A stretch of 64,000 bases of DNA from Phoronis australis (Eukaryota > Animalia > Phoronida). The stretch spans positions 705,835 through 769,834 of the forward strand of contig NMRA01000005.1 of NCBI GenBank assembly GCA_002633005.1, in the 5' to 3' direction. A program made the translations under genes and the position numbers. Each line of letters begins with the position of its first letter. Positions within the stretch are counted from its first letter, which is position 1. The notes beneath the pieces were generated by a model that was given only the letters and a program-made list of their open reading frames with translations, searched no databases and had not been told where the DNA came from. Positions 37,401 to 49,400 of the stretch are shown here, one piece after another.

Positions 37401-40400
37401 TTCTATAGCTGATTTCTTTAGGTAACTAGCTTCTTCACTCTAAGATATATTTTGATTTGATTAGGGGAAATACTGCGGTGCCGCAACCCTGATATTCAGG
37501 CGAATTGACGTGCAACGTTTTTACCTCATCTGTCATGCCGTGTCATTCTATTACACTCCACNGAGATGCAAATAGGTCCCGGGATGCTTCGTCAAGGTTT
37601 GAAGTAGTCCCTGATGGACGGATCAAATTTAGTTGCGCATGTAAGTCTTTTGAATGGACTTGGCATCCTCAAGGGTCTTAGTGTCAACTGAGCTGCGAAA
37701 CGAGATGCTGACATTGTAGAGGCTTACAAGCTCATTGACACAGCAGTTGACGAAGTGCAAGCGTTGGGAACAAACATCGAAGATATCTGGGTAGAATGGT
37801 TCCAAGATGAGCAAATCATTGGATCCGATATACAAATTCCTCAGCAGTCTAGACAACAGAAGGATAAGACTAACGTATGAGTAACCACTGGGGATTAAAA
37901 TTTTAGAGAGAAGTTTTCAATTCAATTTTTTTGCATAGTACACTTTAGGTCTCGCGACGGACCAGGCCAGCTTGATTTGTGTAGATGTTGAGTTTCAGTG
38001 TACTTCTGGTCCCTCGGCGAACTAGTCTTGTGATTTTTTTACCAAAGTGTGCTTTGTAAAACTATTTATCTCAGCCAGTACTGTTTGGTCCCGCGACAGA
38101 TAGACTATTTTTATAGGGATAATAAGCACAGGTGTACTCTTGGTCTCGTGACGGACCAGGTCAGCTTTTTGTGTACTCTCAGTGTACATCTGGTCCCTCT
38201 GCAAACTAGTCAAGTGTATCTTTTCACCACTGTGCACAGGATGTTTTGGTTTCGTGAAACTGTTTTCAGATAATTTGTTTCCCGATAGATTTGACGTTTT
38301 TCAATTGTTGTCAACGTGATTCAGCTTAATAAAGTGATACCTAATTATTTATTGTCGCTTTTAATAATAGACTATGAGTTGAGAACACCATCGTTCGCCA
38401 GTTTTTCTCGCAGCGAGACAGAACACATGTTTATTTCCGGACTAACAGTACAGATCTTCGTTCTTAAACAACTTGAGGCTGCTGTTACGCGATCATCTGA
38501 TATTCAAGTTTTTACGCCTCGTCGGTGCTCCTTAATTATGCTCTTGAATATTTGGAAATTGTCTAAACCCCTGTATACACAACACACTTTTTCGTATACG
38601 ACTTTTCGTATGCTAAAAAAGGTGTGTGTAAACAGATGTTCCAACAAAATTTTTGCTGGTGGCGTGACTCATACCCAGATGTGCACAATATGGTTTCACG
38701 AAACTTATGTGCCAAGTTCATGTGACGAAATCGAGAAGGGTTTTTAATTACCTTAAGAAAAACTCCAGAGACATGTTAAGTGCCAGAAACTTACCGGGAT
38801 GTATGGAAATTTCACTATTTGGCTACAAAAACAAAAAAAATTCTTACACGGGAGGGGAAACCCCCCTCCCGACCTCCCCCCGCTCGGCGCCACGCGCCTA
38901 GGATTCGACCTTTGCGGGAATCCTAAACCCCCCCTTGCTGAAAACGTAGATCCGCCACTGCGTTAGTCTCGACCACTGACTATTTCACACTTACAGCACA
39001 TTGCATGCTTATTCAGAACCAGCTGCTTAAACTCCCTCAGTTGGTCCACGGTCGTCTTTTCCACCTTTTTGAAATCATCATCAGTGATGTAAACCCTTTT
39101 AGTGACGATGTCGTTCCTATCACGACTGTCCACAAAATCAACCAGGTGATCAATAATTTCAGAGTGGCACTCATAAGCAAGATAAATATCTTCGCCTAAA
39201 TGTTCACCCTTATAAGTTGGTTTTATCGAGAGATGGTGATGCAAGTACGACTTGAGGAAATTTAAGTCAATGAAACCATTGCTGACAATTCTCCTCTTAT
39301 CTTCCTCACATTTGTGGCAAGTTTGTGATGTGCATGACTTGAGGCGGCTAGACAAGCAACTGACAAGAGCGTCAGAAAACACGCTGTGACAATCACCCGC
39401 AAAGCCACTTCTAGACTTTTCGCTCGCACCACACGAGGATATCTGTATTCCAGTTGTGCCTGAAGCCGTTAGATCGAAGGCGAACCCTTGTTTTGCTGCA
39501 TAGCAGCAGTCGATAACAACCAAGACATCAGCAGGATGGTCCATTTGATGTAAGACAGTCTTTAACTGCTCAGCCTTCAAGTGTTTCTCCCCGGTTAAGA
39601 ATAAGCCTTGCTTAGAATCTCCATGCCCAGAGTAGAAGATAACCAACCTTCCCCTGCCTAATAGAGGAAAATTGGCATCCATCTTCTTTACCATGTCTTG
39701 TAGTGTCGTAACAATAGCATCTGAAGTCAAGTTTCCTTTTTGTTGGCAACATAATTTAACATTGCTTGGCCTAAAAACATAAAAGGCCATGAAAGTAAAA
39801 TGAAGAACGTGCTGTATATAAAAACAGTTTGTGCAACAAAAAAGACAAAAAGTATGTATACTTCAGGGCATCATGAAAATGCCTAAAATTGCAAGGAATA
39901 ATTTCTGGAAATCTCCACATTATTTTTAGCAATTCTAGGAGTGTTCATCATTACCTCATCCCGCACACAGCAGGATGTTGGAATATATTGCAAACTCGCT
40001 CGGCATCACGGTAAAACATATTCTTTGGATCAACAGTTTGATAGGTGTCGCCTCCAATTGCAAGCAAGAACCAATTATCGTTACCTACAACAAATAAAGC
40101 AAGATCAATAAAAATTAATGGTATGTTGTCATCACAATTGTTACATTAAATTTGTATTTTGCCCTTGTCAATGCCGACTTCTTAACCAAAGTGCTTTGGG
40201 GCTTAAAAGCATTACCCTATTCATCCAATCTTAAATTATAGTCGAATGAGCCAGCAATTCAAGTCAAAGCGCCATTGTCAAATCCGCAATTTTAAGGACG
40301 ACCAACCCCAATAAACTCTGAAGCGTTTTCTTGAATTGCCAATGAAACATAATAACATCAATCAATTTAATCAGAGTTTCAATTTTTTCAAACAGGCAAA

Positions 40401-43400
40401 ATTTAATATAAAGTTTTTTGTTAAGATGTGATTTACGTTTTCTTGGCTGTGCACCGACAAAATGGCTGCCAACTTTGAAAGCCAATTTGTATGAGGTTTT
40501 GAAAGCAGAAATACTCATTCGAATACGAACAAAGAATACGATTAATGAAAGGTTCACACTTCTCAAAAAACTTGCAAAATGTCGTTTTGACGGTTTTACA
40601 GAGGGGAAAATTTGTGTTTCAAAACATATTATTCTGTACCGTGATCGGAACTACATGTACTTACCAATGGGTGCACGATTGTATTCACCATGAGAAGGAC
40701 AAAACACTGGATTTGCAAATCTGTTCACGAGACAACCTTTGCAGTAGAATATACATTGGCTATCAGGGCAAACAGAGATGCCAACTGAAAAGTAAACAAA
40801 CACCAGCAATGACAGCCATCAAATCATAGCATGTGAAGTAACTAAAACGCATCAACATATTAGACATCATCTTCCAATTTGATTTAGGACACCAAAAGAC
40901 CGATTCTGTGACGAAACCATTACACATATCTATTTACAGTAAAAACAAAGAACAGTCATCATGGGTAGTAGTTAACTGATGTTAGGTTGGTTATTGAACA
41001 AAGAACCAGTTGGTCTGGGGTCATAAATGATACATCTAGTCATACACAACTCGGATACATTTTATTTGCCAACTATCCCATTGAAGAGAGGTTGCTCTAA
41101 ATGAGATAGTCCTGATGAAAAAAGTGTCTGTAGCACATCTCCAACACCTTACCCCTGGGGTTCATTAAGCACGATATGCACGTTTCTTTGCAAGACTCCT
41201 CAAACAGTTTAAAGTCGTTCATCGTCATCAAATCCTAAAAACAGAAAGTTTCTGTTTAAATCCTGCAACTTTACCCCAAAAAGTGTGAAGGAGTTAAAAA
41301 ACTTGATATATCTATGTAATAAACTTTTGCTGTTTGCATCAGCAGTCCAACAGTACAAAATTATACAGTTAATGTGAGTAAACTTGAGCGTACAAGGTGA
41401 ACAGAATAGTTATTCCCGCACTGATGACAAACCTAAGATCATTGCAGCTCCCTCTGTGATAAGTAGCAAGAATAAAACCAATTAGTGGGGAACTTCTATG
41501 AATAAGTCACCCTCTCATCGAATTTTTCTTGCAACATACTATTTTGAATCTGGAGTTAAAAACAATACAAAATGCTAACTTATCAAATGCAAATTAAATA
41601 AACATCCATTTGGACTATTAATCTAAACCCAGCACACAGAGGAAGTAAAATATGAACCCCTTCTGCACTTCTGTAGACTGACAAACCTTTTGTAAACTTG
41701 CTAACCACTAAATTAAGTGAAAATTTTCATTGAAATGAAACAGCAAAAGTAAATTTAGTCTGGATCTATCCATGAAATTCACTGGTCAGAACATCATGTA
41801 TACACATAATACGGCACCAATGGGCATATTACCTTCAGCACATTGCACAAATCAACTGCAGTCTTCCGTTCCTGTGGAGGCTTCAAGCACCCAATGGCAG
41901 CATCCAAATATTTTTCACTCACCTTCCCCCACATGTTCTGCAAACAGACGAAAACGACTCTATAGCATGCCTCCAAAGTCACAAAACAGCAACAAGAATA
42001 GGGGAAAAGCGAGCAATGTGCCCGCACTGTTAAAGACCTTTTTGCCACACAAAGGTAGCTTTTGTCTACATTTGACGCCTGTACTCTGAGTAGCTGTAGG
42101 GGCAAACGTGACCTATGGGCCAGTCCATTTTTGAGTACCAATTTGATGCCCGTTATTCAAGGGAGATAACAAGTTCTCAAAATGCAGGCCACCCCATAAG
42201 TGATTACTGTTGTATGAGCCCATTCTACAAAGCGAATAAAGAAAGAAAACCATAATTTATTTAAACCAAAATTAAGAAAAATTCATCAAAGAAGTCCTGT
42301 ATGTTTTCATCTTTGTTTGGTCTTGAATTTTTCTTAATGCATTGCGCACGATTGTGTTAACAATTGTAAATAACTATAGCATTCTTATGTATCATATGTT
42401 GGTCATATCACGTGACCTACAGTTAGAAAAGATATAGTCCTGGGCCTCGGTCGGGACTGAGATCTACTTACAATAACTAAAGGTCACATGATGTCACCAA
42501 CATATGGAGGGTAAGAAGGCTAACAATTCTTACTTACATAACATCTATGCGCTGACTTATATAACACCACAATAGGACAGATTGGCTCACCTTGCGGGCT
42601 ACTTTCCAATTTCGATATTTATTTATCAACCTCAAAAATAATTTCAGGATTTTTTAAAGTTCTAATTTTATTGTACTACACTACAGACAAATACAACCAC
42701 TGTTTTTTTTACAAATTAAAGTGTCTTACATGATTTTACAGGTTAATTTTATGTAGAAATCAAGCAAATTGAGTGATTAAAAATTTCTAACTACTTTTTA
42801 GAGAGATATCAGCAAATTGTCATTGAAAGATAGTTTCATTAAAATTTACAAAGAAATATGTTGTGTTATGAATGTACCTTTTTTAAAAATGAAACTTTGA
42901 CTTGAAAAAGATGGTAACGTCATAACAACAACACTTAAGTATAAAGTGTATTTTTACAACCCTTGATCTTTCTTCTTTAAGAAAATAAAATTTACCTTTT
43001 AATGATTGACACAGTCTAGTTCTTCTGGTATTTGACTTTGAATTAACGTTACTTAATCAGGTCCTACGTTATCTCGACTAACAGAACCTATCTGAATCTA
43101 ACGGCAAATGAGTCCATTTGTCTTTCTCTGGACTTCACACGATAGGGGTTGCTCCATCTTTCAATGAAGATACAAATTTAAAATATCTTAGTTTTGTAGA
43201 ACACAGTTATCTAAGATAAGACTTTGTTTATAACAAGTCAAAATTAAGATGAATTTAAGACAATTCTTAAGTGAAGACGCTTTGTGGAACAAGCAGCACA
43301 ATCATGACAAATCAAAGTTTTAAAATTTTTGTAAAAATAAACATGTCACCTTAAAGTGTTCATATCTCAAATGTAAGCTCATTGCCATTCTTTGATATTG

Positions 43401-46400
43401 TGGCGACACAATGAAATACACTTCATCGCCACCTGGTGATGGAGTACTTGGTGGTGAGAGTTCAACGTTCTCGAATCGCGATTTAATAACCAAATAGCAT
43501 TTCCCAACATTTTGTAAATCCTTTGCGACCGAAATGTCACCAAATCATTGCATACCAATGCTGTATTCAAATAACTCATGCACAAATGTCCAATATCTAA
43601 CAATGTCCGTGAATGAAAGCAATTGCATTTTGCCCGTCCATTTGAAAGGTGGTCTAGGGAACGTTGCTGTCGTGCTTTCAGAGACATAAGAATTGCATGT
43701 TGAATGTATGGAATTAGATACCTTGTCGACCCAGAGACTGAGTGCCTCTTTAATCATCGTCCAGTCATTCTCACAGTCTTTGAGTACACGGTGAATATCG
43801 TCGATTGAATTTAAGGTCAACAAGCGCAGCATGACTGAAAAAGCAAGGCGAGTCCAAGATCTGAAATAACCACAGCGTACCAAACCCTTGCACAACTCTG
43901 CTACTGCAGCAACAATGATAAAAAAATTTCCAGTTTGAGACAATCTCTAAAATTTGAGACGCCGAAATTTAAGGTGAAATTGAATTTTTTCATTCTGAAG
44001 ATCGAGACGTAGAAAAATTTTGGTGTTCATTGTATTTCTCAAATATTGGGACACTGAGAACCAGTTTGATGCCTGTTATTCAGTGGGGAAACTTGTTCTC
44101 AAAATTCGGGCACGTTATATCAGACTATTACCAGACACTGTGCATCACCAAAACTGCATTTGAATACTTAGGACACCAAACTTGCATACTTTTCAGTAAA
44201 TTTGCAGATATCACATGTAGACCAAACATAAAAAATTTGAGCTTGTCAGCGTGTTAGCCTATTGGAACTGTGTTCAGCTGATACTTTTCCAACTAGTTTT
44301 TACTCACTTTAATACACTTAGTGATATGATAACCAAATTTTTAAAATTCAGAATGGTGGACAGCGTTTGCAGTAATGAAAAGATCCAATTAATCAATTAA
44401 TAGGTTACTTACTGAAGTTATTAATAAATAATTACGTTTAATACATGCCGCAGTGGTAATATCTACCATGAATTGTGATAAGTCACTACAAAGAGCTCCA
44501 TGCTTCAAAAGTTATCATCATTTCTTAAACCAAAAACATATTTACAAAAAGTGTGCCCATGAATCTGTACTGGACAATGTTTTGCACCTGACGACATGTT
44601 CTTAAGCATTCAAAAGAGTTTGAAATAATTATTCATTGCAAGCCTCTATAAACACGCACTACCATACTGTCTGTCAAAATATCTCAACGGGCAACATATG
44701 CGCATGAAAACAACTTGCAATACAAATTCAACATTCTTTGGAACAACGAGGTAGAAATTCACAACAGCCTCTCGCGCTTTGTCATTTTGACAATATGTAA
44801 TAGCTGTAGATAATCGACCAATCACAGAGAGAAGTCACTGCTTACAGCCCCGTGATTCGTCAGTTATCTTTACAGTTGCTATATTAAGAATGAATTGGAG
44901 AAAGTTTTCCACTTAGGAGCTCACATTTTAGTTAGAATATAATGAAATGAATATAATGAAATGAATATGTATTAATTTAATATAATGAAATGAATATGTA
45001 TTTTCAATATTTCTAATCAGGCAGTAGGCACTTTCAACATTGTTAGAAACCGTGGCGTGTGAAATGAAAAAATAACAGCTTTTGAAATCATTTTTGACCA
45101 ATACTGACAAGTTTTGTCATATGTGAGACACTTCAATATGTAAGAATGTCATATTTCACAGAGATAATGGGAGGATTACTTGTGTAACAGACTGACTACT
45201 AAGATGATCATTTTATAGGTGTTAGTTCTAAGATACACCTGTAGGTGGCTTTATCAATCAATATGTTTACTACAAGTTGTTGCTGGTAAGTTCCATAAGC
45301 TGATCATACACCATCAGAACAGAAATACTTTTGTTCTCGAAATTGATAGGTCACGCTAGGTGACCAGGTATGACTATGTAAGGTATTCATGCACTTTGAA
45401 ATTCTTCTAACTATAACAGTATAAAGATGATACTACAAAAGAAATCATCTGTCTAAGATGAATGATTTTTTTAAAGAAACATTCAAGGCATTATAACTTA
45501 TAAGTACTTCAGTCAACCTACTAAGTCCAACAGAATACACGTCATGTCGTGGCCTGCTTTTTGCCATGTACTGCAAAGCCTCCGGGTCACTGTAAGCTTG
45601 ATTGACAACAGATGAAACAGTGGCACACGATCTGTCATCATGAATGTGACAACTCCATCCTAGATCACCCAGACGTACGTTCAGCTTCTCATCCAACAGG
45701 ATGTTTCTTGGTGCTATATCCCGATGAACAATCTGTTTTCTAAAAATAATAACAGACACTAATAACAATGACAATGAGTTTGACAAACCTTTATGAATTA
45801 ATTAGTTTTGTTTTGTTTAGGCCAAGTAAATAAGAGCAGAACACTAATTAGTTGAAACATCAAACATTTGACGAACTTGAACTGCAGCCTATAATTCAGT
45901 AGGAAAAGAATACACTGAAAGAAACGGCTACAAGAGAGATCCTATTTATTAGCATGGGATGAAGATGAGAGAACAGGAATACCCTTATAGGTTGGTTGCC
46001 TTACAAATTGCACTCCACTCATGGGAATCACCTGTAGATTGCACCTTACAAACCCTTTGCCTTTCCCATGTAATAAATCTAATCAGGTGGAAATAATTAC
46101 AGGCACACTACTTTCTTAAGGAAACTTTCATGCTCAATTAACTCAGGCATGCATTTATGAATAGGCTTGACTTGATGCTTGGCTGGGACATATCTTGCTC
46201 TCAACAGAATTATTTTGATGTTCTAAAGACCCTTTCATGTTGACTTAACTCCAGTGTGAGGGGAGGGGGAGCTTCGATGTAAACAGCGCAGTTAACTGGA
46301 CTGTTCATACTGGCTTCGGTAGTTAATGACCATCAAAGCAAGCGGTTGGTGCCGCTGTCGTCATCGAAGTTATCACAAGGTAGTGTTGCACGCTAAGATT

Positions 46401-49400
46401 TTTTTCAGTGTTTCAATTTGGAAACATTTACATGTGCTAAGTGACATTAAACTTATTTTTAAATCGATTGGTTGTTATTAGAGAAAAAAAAGTAGCAGTA
46501 GTGATGGCACTACCCTGTAACTGTTGACGATAACAGTGGCACCTGGCGATAACTCCGATTGGACCAAAGTTAAGCGTTCATACTGCACCGCAGCGTCAAC
46601 GCTGCCATGTTAACTGGAGCTGTTAACTGGGATCCAGGACCGGAGTTAAGCGTTCATACTGACCGCAACTCCCCAAACCATCGACGCATCGACATTGGTA
46701 TGAAAGGCCCTTTAGAGACAATAGCACCCAGCTTAGTCTTGGTGTAGCAAGGTCTGTAAAGGCTATTCCAATGTCACGGCTATTTCAGGGTAACAAACAA
46801 CCAAATGTACCAGCATAAACTCACTTTGAGGTGGTTTTGTTGTGAAGGTGACAAACAGCTTGACAAAGTTGATAAGTGATTCTCAACCTCATCTCCACAT
46901 CAATCTCCTGGCTGGCAATGAAACGTTCCAGTTCACCTTTGACCATGTAAGGGGAGACAATTCTCCTGGGAGGTTGCTCACACATGGCAACCACGGGAAG
47001 AATGTAAGGGTGCTTCACATGTGCAGATTCTTTTTCCTGAGGAAGACAAAAGCCAAAAAGTTACATGTCGTGAACACATCCACTAAAACAAGAAACTGTA
47101 GGAACACCGCATTTATCCACCTTCACTCTTATCAGGCTTCTATTGCGAGTCAGCATGAGTGAATAATTGGCTGATAAGCCACCTCTGGAACTACTTTTGG
47201 CTGAATGGATGACCAGGCCATAAAATGATAATTAGCCAAGACCAGTTACTATTATGCAACAAAGAATAATGTCTTGCATCACCTAGCCTTGGTGAAAAGC
47301 TGTATACTGTATTGGCTCAAACAAACGCTTAGAAAAATTCATTTCACGGGGAGGGGACGCTTATTGTAGTGAGCCTACGGCAGTTGAAACCCGGTTTCCC
47401 AAACGGGTAAAATCGGAAGCTAGGATTCATCAAATTTACGCTCTGTGACGTATTTGTAGCCTATGACAGCCTTTCTACAAAATTGTGGTGCATTGCTATC
47501 AACTTCCGTTGTTAAATTACGATAATTTTTCAAAAAATTGTGCTCATCACAGGGCGAAAACTTGCCGACTGATGCGTCGCTGAATCGCGATCGTCAATAG
47601 GAAAACTTGTACTCTTGAATAAAAATATAGTTTCGACTCAACAAATTACCTGAAATCTTCCTGATGTTTTACAATTTTTAAAGTTCCTGTGGAGTCCAGA
47701 TTAATTGCGATTAAGTCCAAATGTGCGCTACATCGTACTCCACAACACGAGAAAAATCTCTGGATGAACACACATGTTGTTGTCACGTGACGTTTGTTTT
47801 GAAGGTCGTCTGCGTATGAGAGTGAGTGAGCGTGCGTGTGCGGGTCATCGACGATAGACTTTTTTGTTACAAAAGGCGGAGGATTATGCAAGAAAATGGC
47901 GTTTACTAGATTGTTTTTCACTTAAACGGCTGTAACGTGCAAGGTGAGTGCGCTCGCAGAGTCACATCTCGGAAGTTTCCGGTTTGACGGATGACAAAGA
48001 ACGATCTCAATGAAATTACACAAAGTCGTTTTAGAGCTTGTAATAGCTATACAAAACGTATTTTGAGTATTAAAATGCATTTTTTCCAAAACCTAAATAA
48101 CACACGGAGTAGTTCTACATTTATACAATCCTAACTTGGGTCCTATATTTTTGTATTCGTGCGCGCCGAATGAAAGTAATCGTGAGTGTTTCTGTGTTGC
48201 AAAATCTCTTATCCTGGGCCGATTTGAAAAATTCAAAGTTGTATTCGTATTTGTTTTCGCTCCTCTTTTCAAATATTACAGTAAAAACTACGTAAAATTC
48301 TCTCCATAAAAAGTACAGTTGTTAGGCTAGACTGTAATCAGCTGATCATATCCGCATGAGCGAAGCCAATTATCCTCGCTCGTGACTCGATGACTAGAGC
48401 AGCTTGGCGGCATCCCTTTGATCGTGAGCCGAGTGCGACTCAGCCAAGGTGGATAAATACGGTCTACTTCAATTTTCCATACCCCGCCGTTTACCTTAAC
48501 CACTGGGGTTAGAACCAATCTTATTTAGTGGGAATGTTCATAGCATGTAAGTGGCAGGAAAGAAGGGGGCGGGGGGGTAATGAGAAAAGTTATTAGGCAA
48601 AACTTATGCCGTCACAGATTGAAGTGAGCTAGACGCAGTGGACTTAGCTGAATGCATTGGATGAGAAAATAGGGGTCATAAACCAACACACCTGTTTAGC
48701 GTATGAGTTTCAAAGACAAAAAGCAAACAATAAGTAATGCAAGGTCACTTCCTTAACATCGTGCCACATGCTGACATCACACTTAGTTGAAGACAATCCC
48801 ACACACGAGTCATGTCATTGAAATCATGTCTCAACGTGAGGCCTTTAGATACCTCAAAAAGGATGCCAGACTGCAGCGACTGTTGCTACAGAGGACATAA
48901 CTACACTTGCGTTTCACATCAACTAACTAAAGTTGTTGCCAGTTTATGATGTCCGTTGGCGAGAATCCACTAGATATGTCCGTTGGCGAGAATCCACTAA
49001 ATTTGTCTATTACGTTCTAACATGACTTCTCACTGAGGACGTTTAACCTTGACCTTTCCCCTTTAGGTCTTACCATAGTGAACTGTTTGCCACTTCGACG
49101 ACTTCCAGTGTCATTCCATTCCGTTTTCACAACAACTTCCAACTGTCTGAACTTCTCGCGAGCTGCATTATTAAATGAATAAAAACTATGAGTTGACAAA
49201 TTAAGGTTCTTTTAAATCAGATGTGTATTGAAAGTTAGAAATGTACTGTCTTTTAGAATGCTTGCTATAAGTAGAATGTTGAAGTCCTCATTTTTGAAAG
49301 TAAAATTCTTGGGGAAAACAGCATTCTACAGAAAATCTCGCTACTGTGTATTTAATACTAAATGGCTTCGGTATAATTTTCAGTAACAATATGTTTAATT

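Noticed and set aside
37555-37570. Apparent ~0.5-kb internal deletion in hAT copy 1 relative to copy 2
   Set aside because: The breakpoint coincides with a single n (37562), so it is likely a contig join rather than a real deletion.
37629-38901. Several 64-143 aa ORFs duplicated at 60711-62009
   Set aside because: They are incidental frames inside the two hAT copies and are not conserved in length between the copies.
38963-39790. Bacterial contaminant or stand-alone 275-aa caspase gene
   Set aside because: The ORF is bounded by a tttttag acceptor (39771) and a gtaagt donor (38994), and the first strand of the domain lies on the preceding exon, so it is an internal exon of a spliced gene.
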